Of a stretch of 64,000 bases of DNA, positions 28,420 through 41,596 are shown in pieces; the first letter of the stretch is position 1; every line of letters begins with the position of its first letter. The notes under the pieces are model-generated. The model was not told the origin of the DNA and ran no database searches. It was given only the letters and a program-made list of their open reading frames with translations. The translations under genes and the position numbers were made by a program. Origin of the DNA: Eledone cirrhosa (taxonomy: Eukaryota); contig OZ024758.1 in assembly GCA_964016885.1 (NCBI GenBank), forward strand, positions 29,946,001 to 30,010,000, written 5' to 3'.

Positions 28420-28720
28420 CTTTTCGTATCTTCGAAGCATGTGGTTATATGACAGTTTCCCATTTCTTTACACAGTCCTTTGCATTATTATTCAATTCTG
28501 CGAGATCTTTTAAGCTGCACTGGTTGGGTAGTAGAGGGCAAACAAGGCATTGTATGGTCCTCCTCTCCGCATTCGCAGATGGTTGGGCTGGTCTTGTAGC
28601 CCCATCTGGCCATAGCAGCTTTTGTTCGCCCTATTCCTGTTCTCATGCGGTTGAGTGTCTTCCACTGGACCCATGGTGCTTCTGAGCCAGGAGGGAGGGC
28701 TTCAGAAGGGGGGATTCCTT
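28420..28720 (-). mobile_element. Non-LTR retrotransposon C-terminal fragment
   Basis: WKTLNRMRTGIGRTKAAMARWGY...CECGEEDHTM zinc-knuckle-like end. Confidence 0.7.
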
Positions 28721-28989
28721 GACTAAAATATATAGATATATTCTGTAGTACAGAATAATATCCCATTTTTATATGTATCAAGGTCTAGTACTTTATCAGG
28801 TGTATTGTTTCTTTTTCTATTTCAAGATGGTAGCGTGGGATTTTCCCTGTACAACCTTTTAGTTTTTTGTACATTAAACAATCTTATATAGAATCTAGCA
28901 ACATAAATTAACTTCCTAACAACTGTTATAAATGTCAGAAATTAGTTTTGTTGGCCATAATTTAACATATTTTTTTAATTTATTTTCAG

Positions 28990-29115
28990 CATTCATAGTC
29001 TTCATCAACTGTGCCAATGTAAGGTGGGCAGCCAGGGTTCAGGGGATTTTTACGGCAACCAAAATATTTGCTCTACTCATTATTGTTGTGGTTGGGTTTT
29101 ACAAATTGATGTCAG
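28990..29115 (+). CDS. Internal exon (126 nt) of an SLC7 L-type amino acid transporter light chain
   Basis: Acceptor ttttcag, donor gtaagt, phase 1/1. Encodes FIVFINCANVRWAARVQGIFTATKIFALLIIVVVGFYKLMSG, matching the INCxxVxWxxxVQxIFTxxKxxAL segment of SLC7A5-11 proteins. Confidence 0.93.
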
Positions 29116-30322
29116 GTAAGTGTTCTATATTTTCCTCATATAGTTTTAATGTAAACCTCACTGACACCTTCTGGTCTCATCTTATCATTTCACATTAAAC
29201 TATGCTTGGTAACTAACACATCCAAACCTAGTCCTTGTCTTGAGATACCAACCCACCCAAAACCTCCCTGGTTCCATATTATCAACCACCCATGGCTACT
29301 TCTTATCCCACGTTACCAACCCACCAAACATTACACTTCGGGTCACATTTTAAACACCCACCCACCCACCCATGCAAGATAACACTCCATGCTCTATGCT
29401 ACCAATCTACCTAAGACCAACCCATTTAGCTAGACAAGAAGACAATCACTATCAATATTAAAAATAAATATCTCTCAAAATATCATCATCATCATCGTCC
29501 ACTTTTCCATTCTAGAAATGGTGAGATGAGTTATCACAGACTATATCAATACTCAATAAGAGCCACTGTCTTTATGGACAGGTCAAAAGCCACATCTCAC
29601 ATACGTTCCTACACTTTACAGAGTGTGCTGGGTGCATTTTATGATGGCACCAGCACTAGAGAGGTTGCTGTGACCTGCCTGAAGAGTCCTTTCAACCCGT
29701 TTAGCATCGTTTCTATGATATGATACCCTTCCTAACACAAACCATTTTAGTGAGTGAACTGGACACATTTTATATGACACTATCACTAGGGAAGCTCCCA
29801 GCCATTGACTCAATGAAAAGAGCCCTTCATGCCCTATGGGGGGAGAATACCTTTTCCCAAGGCTGCTCTGTATTGGGATAGAGATTGCAGGTGAATGGCA
29901 GTATGAAGACATGTAGGGGGAGGGTAAAGAAGGATGGCAAATATGATGTCATTTGTGTATAACAAGTGTGATGGGATTTAGCAGGATTGGGGTGGATGAA
30001 GTGATGAAAATATATACAAAGTAGCTATGACAAGAGTGGTGGGATTTAATAGGTTGAGAGGTGGTGGGAGGGATCTTGGACAGTGTGTATAATGAGGGAT
30101 GACAGATTGAGTGGGGTGGGGATACAGTGAAGAGAATAGTTACTAAAGAGCTAATACTAGTATGCTGGGATTTAACAGATTAAGAGGGTGTGGTGGGGTA
30201 GTGATGATGGGAATAATTACTGTGTGATGATGTGATGATAGAGTCAGGCCATGTCACATCTTCACAGAAGGGGCTGGAGTAGCAGATTCATTGGCAAAAA
30301 TTATGGGATATTTTATATATAA

Positions 30323-31365
30323 CTAGCAGAATGGCCCGGCGTTGCTCGGGATTTGCTCAAGGGTTCTTATGTATTTGATATATATTTATCCTTATCGAGC
30401 CTCGGGAAATAAATCCGTTTGTTTATATTTCGTTATTGTGTATGCAAAAGTATCTGTACACGAATATATAATTATGTGGTGGAGTCTGTGCTGCTGTGTG
30501 GTCTGGGACTTGGATACTGACCGAGTGGCTCACTCGGATGGTGGATAGGTGGTGCGCGGGGGTGCTGGGGATGGCTCTGAGCATTCATCGGTATACACTG
30601 AGGATGAAAAACTCAGAGCTGTATGGGAGCCTCCCAAAAGTCAGCTCAAAAGTGACACAGAGGAGACTGAGGTTAGCTGGACATGCTCACCGACATCCAG
30701 AGTTGACATTGCACTCAGTGCTCCTGTGGGAGCCCCTACATGGACACACTGGAAGAGGAAGAGCTAGGTTAACGTATGTTGATGCCCTAAGGACAGACAC
30801 TGGTCTGTTGGAGACAGATAATGAGGGACAGAGACCGCTTGAGAGAACTCGTCCATGGATCTCGGGAATTTTACCCGCCCTAGAATATATATATATATTA
30901 AAATAACAGATTAAAGTTTAACCAAAGAATTGCTGCTTTCACCCTTAACGGGATCTTCTGAAACTAAAAAAATCAATCTGTGAACGCAGAAGTAAATATT
31001 TCGAAAAATGTTACACACTATATATATATATACACACACTATATATACATCTATACATACACACCCACACACATACAGCGTAATAATGTCGTAATACAGA
31101 CAGCCAGACATACAGACAGATATTATAAGGGCGCAACGTTATATCTATGTATCTATCTAAAAAGAAAGACTAAGAATTATAGAGAGAGATCGCTCAATCG
31201 TCTAATGCAGTCTAGGGCATTGAAAATTTGAAATATTTTTTGCTCAAAACACTCACAGGACCATAAGTATTACATGTGTAAAGTTTGAAAACAATCAGTT
31301 GGGTGGTTCTCGAGTTTTAAGGAGTCAAACAGATAGACAGACATTCTCTGATTTAGATATATAGA
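30323..31365 (-). mobile_element. Non-autonomous Helitron carrying a LINE fragment
   Basis: TC start, cccgagcaacgccggg hairpin and CTAG end, AT target. The 5' region resembles 22690-22779. Confidence 0.75.
30490..30885 (+). mobile_element. LINE (RTE/RTE-X-like) 3' fragment; second copy at 1-150
   Basis: NSELYGSLPKVS...RRLRLAGHAHRHPE...LLWEP.HG..GRGR..LTYVD. Confidence 0.8.
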
Positions 31366-31621
31366 TACACAAATAGGTTATTGATATAAAGCTTGCCATG
31401 AGAAAAGCTCCCAGTTCATGCTATAATGTGGTTGGTGTTAGGAAGGGCATTCAACCATAGAAAACCAGGCTGAAAACAGATCTGTATGAGCAAGATGTGG
31501 TCACCTGACCTGGCTAGCCTCATAAGATGACAACTTGTCTAATCCATGCCAGAGATGTTAAAAAGTGATGATGAGGATAATGATAAACAAAAAGTGTGTA
31601 TGTATTCATGTTAAAAATTGT

Positions 31622-32544
31622 TTAACCCTTTAGTATTTACATTACTCTATATATACTATTGTATTTTCATGGTAAAGGCTTTACCTCACATAACATTTAC
31701 ATTACTCTATATATACTATTGTATTTTCATGGTAAAGGCTTTACCTCACATAATATCTCACATAACATTTACATTACTCTATATATACTATTATATTTTC
31801 ACAGTAAAGGCTTTACCTTACATAATATCTCACATAACATTTACATTACTCTATATATACTATTATATTTTCACAGTAAAGGCTTTACCTTACATAATAT
31901 CTCACATAACATTTACATTACTCTATATATACTATTATATTTTCACAGTAAAGGCTTTACCTCACATAGTATCTCACATAACATTTACATTACTCTATAT
32001 ATACTATTGTATTTTCATGGTAAAGGCTCTACCTCACATAATATCTCACATAACATTTACATTACTCTATATATACTATTGTATTTTCATGGTAAAGGCT
32101 TTACCTCACATAATATCTCACATAACATTTACATTACTCTATATATACTATTGTATTTTCACAGTAAAGGCTTTACCTCACATAATATCTCACATAACAT
32201 TTACATTACTCTATATATACTATTGTATTTTCATGGTAAAGGCTTTACCTCACATAATATCTCACATAACATTTACATTACTCTATATATACTATTGTAT
32301 TTTCACAGTAAAGGCTTTACCTCACATAATATCTCACATAACATTTACATTACTCTATATATACTATTGTATTTTCATGGTAAAGGCTTTACCTTACATA
32401 ATTATCTCCCATAATATCGAATCTATGATATTTTGAGAGAACAATACCTTAACATCAGTTTGAGTGACCAGTTGCAGCCAGTTTCAACAGAAAGAGGTAG
32501 AGAATTCTGGCCGGTTTTGGCCGGTTTGAACATTAAAGGGTTAA
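31622..32544. mobile_element. TTAA MITE with an internal 63-bp tandem expansion (~12 units)
   Basis: ttaaccctttag...aaagggttaa termini. The repeat unit derives from the MITE body. Confidence 0.85.
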
Positions 32545-33392
32545 CTGAAGATTTTGTATGTCTCGAAAAAAGTTGCTAATACCGACCCTCACTAGTTCTA
32601 TTTGATTTTTACATTGTAAGTGGGTGGGTTAAGGTTTAATAACTATTTTTAACTGAGGCCCAAGGCCACAAGTTTTGGTAGGAGGGAACAGTTATATTGA
32701 TCTCCCCCCACACACAGTAAATAATAGATATTTATTTTATTAACCCCAGAAAGATAAAAAGTGAAGTTGACTGCCACAGGATTTCAACTCAGAATCTAAT
32801 CATTAATCCATTCATTTGTTTTTCCCCGTAAGTCCCAGGGGTATTGTAAGGGTACCGTACTGGCATACAATGGTCCCAGGGCATTGTAAAAATCCAACAG
32901 AGCTCATCTCCTCTCCAGGTCTGAACACAGTCGATTTCTTGCAGAGAAGAATAGAGAAAGTGGGAAAGATATATAGAGGAAGAATCAACCCTAGTTGTAC
33001 ATATTTTATCAACATTGAAAGGATGGAAGGCAAAGTTTACGTTGGCAGGATTTGAACTCAGAGAGTAAAGAGGGGTGAAACAAATAGCGCAAAGCATTCT
33101 ATCCGACATTCTGACAACTCTGCCAATTTTTTGCCTATAATTCTTTCATTACTGTACTCCTAAAAGTACATTGCCTATAATTCTTTCATTACTGTACTCC
33201 TAAAAGTACACTGCCTATGAGTTTAGTTATTTTGAACTTAACCAAAAAATTTGGAGGAATAAAATTATGATGGAAAGCTTAGATATAAGGCTAAACATTT
33301 TAAATAAGCACTTTTGTACCATAAATCCAAGGCTGTTTCAGGCCTTTTGCTATCAAAAAGGTTGATTAGTAAACACTGCAAGGCATAAAGCA

Positions 33393-33950
33393 TTACCACC
33401 ACTATCACCACCACTACCATCACCACCACTACCACCACTATCACCACCACTACCATCACCACCACTACCACCACTATCACCACCACTACTATCACCACCA
33501 CCACTACCATCACCACCACTACCACCACTATCACCACCACTACCATCACCACCACTACCACCACTATCACCACCACTACCATCACCACCACTACCACCAC
33601 TATCACCACCACTACCATCACCACCACTACCACCACTATCACCACCACTACTATCACCACCATCACTACCATCACCACCACTACCACCACTATCACCACC
33701 ACTACCATCACCACCACCACCACCACTACCACCGCCACCACCACCACTATCATCACCACCACTACCACCACTATCACCACCACTACCATCACCACCACTA
33801 CCACCACTATCACCACCACCACCACCAATATCACCACCACCACTACCACCGCCACCACCACCACCACCACCACCACCACTATCATCACCACCACTACCAC
33901 CGCCACCACCACCACCACCACTATCACCACCATCACTATCACCACTACTA
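33393..33950. repeat. (ACC/ACT/ATC)n trinucleotide microsatellite
   Basis: Direct inspection. Confidence 0.95.
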
Positions 33951-34685
33951 TACAGACATGTATATTGAACATTCCAAGATAAACTATTCCTATATGGGGA
34001 CTAAAACGTAATGACTCTACTTTGCTATTTTTCAAAATACCACAATTATCTTAATTGGTGCGGCAGAAATGGGATTCCTCCGAAGAGTCTTTGGAGTAAC
34101 ATTACTTGATAAAGTGCGTAAGTCGGAGATGAGAGAGTCACTCCAGGTAGAGCTGCTACTTCTCCGAATTGAGAGATCACAGCTCTGATACTATGGACAT
34201 GTGGCTAGAATGTCTCAGGAAAGAATCACTGGACAGATTTTTAGGCAAAACCAACTGGCAGGAGACCCAGGGGTAGACCCCGAGCAAGATGGTTGGATAA
34301 CATCCATGAACTTGGCTGGTCATGCTTGGAGATCCAACCGGATCAGTTGGAGACAGTTGCTTCTGACAGGATCCTCTGGAGGGAGTGTTTGAGGACTGCC
34401 CCCCACGACCCTCCCAAGAATAAGTGGGAATAATAAGAAGGTTATGAACATATTTCTACATACTTTATGTCTATGTTTACCTTTCATCTTTACCTCGGCG
34501 GGATTTGAACTCAGATCGTCCCTTTTACGATCCCACCGAGGTTGACTTTGCCTTTCATCCTTACGGGGTTGATAAAATAAAGTACCAGTAATGTACTGGG
34601 TAATTGCTGGCCTTGTGCCTAAAGTAGAAACAATTATTGCCATCTTTACCATTATTTATTCTTACTCCTCTCACCATTATTTCAG

Positions 34686-34785
34686 GGAAAAGTGAAACAT
34701 GGAAACATCCATTTGAAAATACAAACAGTGATATTGGACACATAGCACTTTCATTTTATGCTGGCTTGTATTCCTACTCAGGCTG
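34686..34785 (+). CDS. Internal exon (100 nt) of the same SLC7 transporter
   Basis: Acceptor atttcag, donor gtaagt, phase 1/2. Encodes (G)KSETWKHPFENTNSDIGHIALSFYAGLYSYSG(W), the TM6 motif IALxFYxGLxSYxGW. In frame with the previous exon. Confidence 0.93.
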
Positions 34786-34997
34786 GTAAGTAGCAACACA
34801 GTATTTCTTCTTTCTTCTTCTTCTTTGCTCTTGCTTGATGGAACTGGGGTCATCCTTGGACAGCGATCCCAGACACGACATCCTGGGTAGAGCTGAAACA
34901 CAGTTTTTAGACATTTGAAATTACAAATATATATGGAAGAATATGAATATAGAACTTGCTGAGCTTATTACTCTGTAAGTATATGTGTAAGTGTGTG

Positions 34998-35935
34998 AGC
35001 CCACTCTGTAAAGTGGTCTTGTAGGTGCCACGACAACCAGCACCCAGCCCACTCTGTAAAGTGGTCTTGTAGGTGCCACGACAACCAGCACCCAGCCCAC
35101 TCTGTAAAGTGGTCTTGTAGGTGCCACGACAACCAGCACCAGCCCACACTGTAAAGTGGTCTTGTAGGTGCCACGACAACCATCACCCAGCCCACACTGT
35201 AAAGTGGTTGTGTGGGGGTCACGACAATAAGCACCCAGTCCACTCTGTAAAGTGGTTGTGTTGGTGTTACGACAATAAGCACCCAGCCCACACTGTAAAG
35301 TGGTCTTGTAGGTGCCACGACAACCATCACCCAGCCCACACTGTAAAGTGGTTGTGTGGGGGTCACGACAATAAGCACCCAGCCCACTCTGTAAAGTGGT
35401 CTTGTAGGTGCCACGACAACCAGCACCAGCCCACACTGTAAAGTGGTCTTGTAGGTGCCACGACAACCATCTCCCAGTCCACACTGTAAAGTGGTTGTGT
35501 GGGGGTCACAACAATAAGCACCCAGTCCACACTGTAAAGTGGTCATGTAGGTGTCACGACAATAAGCACCCAGCCCACACTGTAAAGTGGTCGTGTAGGT
35601 GTCACGACAATAAGCACCCAGTCCACTCTGTAAAGTGGTCATGTAGGTGTCACAACAAAAAACACCCAGTCCACTCTGTAAAGTGGTCGTGTAGGTGTCA
35701 CGACAATAAGCACCCAGCACACACTGTAAATGTGGTTGTGTGGGTGTCACGACAAAAAGCACCCAGCACACACTGTAATGTGGTTGACGTTAGGAAGGGC
35801 ATCCAGCTGTAGATAACAAGCCAAAATCAGTTCCGTGTATACGAACCAAGGTCCTCTGACCTGATCTCTCACAAAGGACTACTCGTCCTACTCATGCTAG
35901 CATAGAAGATGGAGGTTAAACAACGATGATGATGT
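34998..35935 (+). repeat. ~41-bp minisatellite expanded inside an RTE/SINE-B 3' tail
   Basis: Unit cacccagcccacactgtaaagtggtcttgtaggtgccacgacaa, running into gttaggaagggcatccagc...(gat)n. Confidence 0.85.
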
Positions 35936-36167
35936 TAGAGTATATGTGTGTGTGTGTCTGTGTGTGTGTGTGCTCGCAACAGGAGCTGTGACTAGTAGAT
36001 AGTATCAGCAATTGGAAAAACCAATGGAAACATTGTTTCCATGGTCCGATCTAATGAGTTTCACCCCACTCGGTAAGAGACTGAAGTCTGGGATCTTGTT
36101 TAGATTTGGATCATTAATTAATTAATGTATCTAATTTATATGAGGGAGTTTCTGTAAGAGTGGGTAT

Positions 36168-36810
36168 GTATGTACTAAAATTCTCAGGTGTGTACTGAAA
36201 TTCTCAGGTATGTACTAAAATTCTCAGGTGTGTACTGAGATTCTCAGGTATGTACTAAAATTCTCAGGTGTGTACTGAAATTCTCAGGTATGTACTAAAA
36301 TTCTCAGGTGTGTACTGAGATTCTCAGGTGTGTATGTACTAAATTCTCAGGGGTGTATGTACTGAAATTCTCAGGTGTGTACTGAAATTCTCAGGTGTGC
36401 ATGTACTAAATTCTCAGGTGTGTACTGAGATTCTCAGGTGTGTACTAAAATTCTCAGGTGTGTACTGAGATTCTCAGGTGTGAACTAAAATTCTCAGGTG
36501 TGTGTGTACTGAAATTCTCAGGTGTGTACTGAAATTCTCAGGGGTGTGTGTGTACTGAGATTCTCAGGGGTGTGTGTGTACTGAAATTATCAGGGGTGTG
36601 TCTACTGAAATTATCAGGGATGTGTGTACTGAGATTCTCAAGTGTGTACTGAAATTCTCAGGCGTGTACTGAAATTCTCAGGTGTGTACTGAAATTCTCA
36701 GGTGTGTGTGTACTGAAATTCTCAGGTGTGTACTGAAATTCTCAGGGGTGTGTGTACTGAAATTCTCAGGGGTGTACTGAAATTCTCAGGTGTGCACTGA
36801 AATTCTCAAG
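36168..36810. repeat. ~20-bp minisatellite
   Basis: Unit gtactgaaattctcaggtgt. Confidence 0.93.
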
Positions 36811-37730
36811 TTGTTAACCTTTAGGACGCTAGTAATTTTTATGAATTGTTTCCCTTGACACTGCATTATGTATTAACCCTTTAGTGTTCAAACCGGCCAA
36901 AACTGGCCAGAATTCTCTACCTTTTTTCTGTTGAAGCTGGCTGTAACTGGTCACTCAAACTGATGTTAAGGTATTGTTTTCAAAATCTCATAGATTCAAT
37001 ATTATGTGAGGTAAAACCTTTACCATGAAAATATAATAGTATATATATAGTAATGTGAATGCTAAAGGGTTAAGGGGAAATTATTCATACGGTGCATTTT
37101 GTCGCCCACAGCATGCTGAAGGTTAAGCAAGACACTATATTTCATGCGACCAGTAGATAGTATCAACAATTGGAAAGACCAATGGAAACATTGTTTCCTT
37201 GGTCTGATCTGACATGTTTCACCCCAGTCTGTAAGTGAATGAGGTATGGGATCTTGTCAATTCGGACTATGATCAAATTTATTCCATTCATTACCATAGG
37301 ATTACATTATCTGATGTGACCTTCCCTTTTTTAAAGAAAGTTAACCCTTTAGCATTTACATTACTCTATATTTACTATTATATTTTCAAGATAAAGGCTT
37401 TACCTCACATAATTATCTCACATAATACCGAATCTATGAAATTTTGATATTATTTATTTCAAGAACAATACCTTAACATCAGTATGAGTGGCCAGTTTGA
37501 ACAGAAAGTGGTGAGAGAATTCCGGCCAAATATGGCCAGTTTAAATGCTAGAGGGTTAAGGAGAAACAAAGATTTGACTGATGTTTCTAGCAAACAAAGC
37601 GACTATGTACATGCTTCATTCACTGCAGCATTTTTCTTTTATTTAATGTAAAATCTCTTGAAAGGAATTTTCTGGAAACTTATTGCTCTATAAATGTGAA
37701 TGAAGATTACAATTACAGTATTTTAGTGTA

Positions 37731-39297
37731 AACCCCTATACTTAGCTTTTGTTGACTTGGAGAAAGCCTTTGACAGAGTCCCCCGCTCCATTATCTGGTG
37801 GGCTCTTAGAAAACTAGGTCTTGATGAATGGCTTATGAGAGCTATACAGTAAGGTTAGAATTAACAATGAATATAGTGAAGAATTTAGCGTAAAAGTTGG
37901 TGTTCATCAAGGCTCTGTCCTTAGCCCCTCCTATTTATTATTGCCCTTCGGGCTATAACAGAGGAGTTCAAGACCGACTGCCCATGGGAACTTCTATACG
38001 CAGATGATCTAACTCTCATAGCTGAATCGATGGCTGAACTAGAGAAGAAATTCCAAACATGGAAGCATGGCCTAGAATCAAAAGGCCTTAAAGTTAACTT
38101 GTCTAAGACTAAAGTTCTAGTATGTAGAAAGGAAAATAGGGTACACATACCCTCTGGCAAATGGCCATGCTCAGTGTGTAGGAAAGGAGTAGGTAGAAAC
38201 TCCATTTTATGTCCCAAATGCAAAGTATGGGTGCATAAAAGATGTAGTGGGATCACAGGTAAGCTAACTAAGAACATAGATTTTATATGTGGCCGGTGCT
38301 CTGGTGCAATAAGTAGCAGCAAGTTGCCACAGAATACTAGCTCATTCCATTGCACAGATGGTTCTATAGAAATAGTAGACACCTTCCGTTACTTGGGCGA
38401 CAAAATCAGCAGTGGTGGAGGGTGCTCTGAAAGTACAGTAGCTAGAGTCAGAACTGGATGGAAAAAGTTCAGAGAGCTTATACCACTATTAGCTGCTAAA
38501 GGGTTCTCTCTAAAAATGAAAGGCAGGCTGTATGATGCCTGCATACGAACAGCAATGTTACATGGCAGTGAGACTTGGGCATTGTGTGCAGAGGATATAC
38601 ACAGACTGGAGAGGAACGAAGCTTGCATGCTCCGCTGGATGTGTAATAGTAATATACGTGAACGGCAAAGCATAAATGAACTAAGTGTGAAATTAGAAAT
38701 AAGAGGAATCAGATGCTGTTTACTCGAAAGAAGACTACGTATGTATGGTAACATGATGCGCATGAAAGACGACAGTTGTATAAAAAAAAATGCAGGACGA
38801 TCAAAATTGATGGAAGTTACGAAGTAGGCAGACCCAGAAAAACCTGGGACGATTTGATAAATTCCAACCTTACACACTTACACCTCTCTAAGACAATGTC
38901 ACTGGACTGAGAGCTTTGGCGCTACGCAGTAACACAGAAGACCCGCCTTGCCTATGTACAAAGCGAAACCTAAAGTCAGTAGGCACCTTTTCTCTGTAAA
39001 GTTATGTTGGTACTACAACACCCAGTCCAAAATAAATGAGGTCGTGTAGGTGTCACGACAAAAAAACACACAGTCCACGCTGTAATGTGGCCGTGTAGGT
39101 AACACGGTCAAAACCTCCCAGTCCATACTGTTAATGTGGTTGGTATTAGGAAGGGCATCCAGCCATAGAAAACCTGCCAGACAGTCCTATACGAGCGAGA
39201 CACGGTCACCCGACCAATCTTGCCTCAAGTGGGACAATTCCCGTCTAAACCCAAGCTAGCGTGGAAGATAGACGTTAAACGATGATGATGATGATGA
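37731..39297 (+). mobile_element. Degenerate related RTE LINE (RT to 3' tail)
   Basis: KPLYLAFVDLEKAFDRVP, LYADD and the same Cys/His finger. Has an internal deletion and a frameshift, and ends in (gat)n. Confidence 0.93.
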
Positions 39298-40009
39298 TTT
39301 TTATCAATCTAATGATAGTTTGACAACTAAAAGCATACCTTTATAATGTAAACACTTCTTTTTTCAATATAAAAGTTTGTTTACACCAATTCTCCCAGAC
39401 TGTATCTTCAGTAAAAATGGCTCCTTAGCTTTTTTCTCTTCACTCCTCACCATATTTACACAATAGGCTGCCTGATTGCCTTCCTCTCTTTATGTCTACG
39501 TGGGGGGGGGGGGGGGGGCGCATAGCTTTACTCCAGTGTATTTCTGTATGTGTCTGCATGGCACACCGCCTCCCTCTCTTTACTCAGGTGTGTCTGTGTG
39601 TGTATGTATGTGTGTGTGTGTGTGTGTGTGCGGGAGGGATGCCTCATTGCTTGACTCTAGTGTATTTCTGTGTCTGTGAAGGTATGTCTTTGTGTACCTG
39701 TGTGTGTGTAGCTGTATGTGTGTGTGTGTAGCTGTGTATGTGTATGTATAGCTGTGTGTGTGTGTATGTGTGTAGCTGTGTGTGTATATAGCTGTGTGTG
39801 TGTGTGTGTAGCTGTATAGCTGAGTATGTGTGTGTATGTGTGCATAGCTGTGTGTGTATAGCCGAGTATGTGTGCATAGCTGTGTGTGTGTGTATAGCTG
39901 TGTATGTGTGTATAGTTGTGTATGTGTGTATAGTTGTGTATGTGTATAGCTGTGTATGTGTATAGCTGTGTGTGTGCATAGCTGTATGTATGTGTGTGAA
40001 CACGTGTGT

Positions 40010-40870
40010 GTTGGCAGTCCACTGTCTTCGGCCTCCACCCTGCCACCACAGTGCCGGCCGCCTTCGGCACCATGCTGCCCTCAACGAGGTCATAAAGCAT
40101 GGCTTGGATGCTGCAGGCTTCCCTTCTCAGCTCGAGCCGGTGGGGCTGGACCGAGGCACAGCAAAAGGCCAGATGGCATGACCATCTTCCCGTTCCGCGG
40201 TGGCAAACCCCTTGTCTGGGATGCCACTTGCACCGACACTTTCTGCAGCTACAACCTGGTGTAGTCTGTGACTAACCCAGGTTCTGCTGCACGTCGGGCT
40301 GAGGGGTCCAAAATCCTCAAATACTGGTCGCTCTCCGACAGGTTTGTGGTTGTACCCTTGGCAGTGGAGACTTCTGGTGTCCTTGGCCCCAGGGCTAGCC
40401 CCTTACTCACCACCATAGGCACTGAGCTGACTACTCCTGGCAGTGGAGACTTCTGGTGTCCTTGGCCCCAGGGCTAGCCCCTTACTCACCACCATAGGCA
40501 CTGAGCTGACTACTCCTGGCAGTGGAGACTTCTGGTCTCCTCGGCCCTAGGGCTACCTCCCTACTTACCACCATAGGCACTGAGCTAGCTACTCCTGGCA
40601 GTGGAGACTTCTGGTGTCCTTGGCCCCAAGGCTAGCCACTTACTCACCACCATAGGCACTGAGCTGACTACTCCTGGCAGTGGAGACTTCTGGTCTCCTC
40701 GGCCCTAGGGCTACCTCCCTACTCACCACCATAGGTGCTGAGCTGGCCAGCCGCAGGTGTGAGCCCCGTGAGTTGGAGTGGCTCTTCCATCTTCCAGCGC
40801 GTCTCCCTTGCCGTCCTCTGGAGAAACGCCTTCTCCATCCTGACCGCCGGGGCTGTGGGTGGGCCCCATC
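40010..40870 (+). mobile_element. CRE/RLE-type non-LTR retrotransposon 3' fragment with an internal 79-bp tandem expansion
   Basis: GR..HHAALNEVI...LEPVGL...KRPDGMTIFPFRGGKPLVWDATCTDT...AARRAE..K..KY...VPLAVETSGVLG, a PD-(D/E)xK restriction-like endonuclease region. GC-rich. Confidence 0.85.
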
Positions 40871-41169
40871 GCGTATCATTCCATATTTAATTATGGTCGG
40901 TGTGTGTATGTTTATGTTTTGGATGTTGCCGAAGACAGAATGTGAATTGTTGCTGTTGTTACTACAGAACACTGATACTGCAGATGTGGAGACGGGTGTG
41001 TCTACCACTAACATTCTATTTAGGAAACTGTATGATTGTATTATATATATGTGTGTGTGTGTATATATGTATGTGTGTGTGTGTGTATATATGTATGTGT
41101 GTGTGTATATATGTATGCATGTGTGTGTATATATATGTATGTGTGTGTGTGTGTGTGGCGGTACTCAGT

Positions 41170-41596
41170 AACAGAGAAGACCCGCCTTACCTAAATATAT
41201 AGTAAAACCTACTCCAGCCAGTAGGCATCTCTAACAAAATACACCCCGTCCCACCACCACCACCCCCACCCGATCCACACCACCCCGTTCTATGTAAAGT
41301 TATGTTGGTGCCGCGCCATCCAGGCCGAAACAAATGAGATCGTGTAGGTGTCACGACAAAAAAACACACAGTCCACGCTGTAATGTGGCCGTGTAGGCAA
41401 CACGGTAAAAACCTCCCAGACCCACACTGTAAATGTGGTTGGTGTTAGGAAGGGCATCCAACTGTAGAAAACCTGCCAGACAGTCCTATGCGAGCAAGAC
41501 AATCACTCTTGCCTCAAGTGGGACTACCCCCGTCCAAACCCATGCAAGCGTGGAACACGGACGTTAAACGTTGATGATGATGATGATGATGATGAT
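41170..41596 (+). mobile_element. RTE 3' UTR fragment
   Basis: Aligns to 38930-39297 (agaagacccgcctt...ctgccagacagtcctat...gacgttaaacg(gat)n). Confidence 0.75.

Noticed and set aside
31618-32436. 272-aa and 251-aa repeat ORFs
   Set aside because: 63-bp tandem expansion inside a TTAA MITE.
33265-34035. Poly-valine membrane-protein-like ORF or Thr-rich mucin
   Set aside because: Trinucleotide microsatellite with no splice or homology support.
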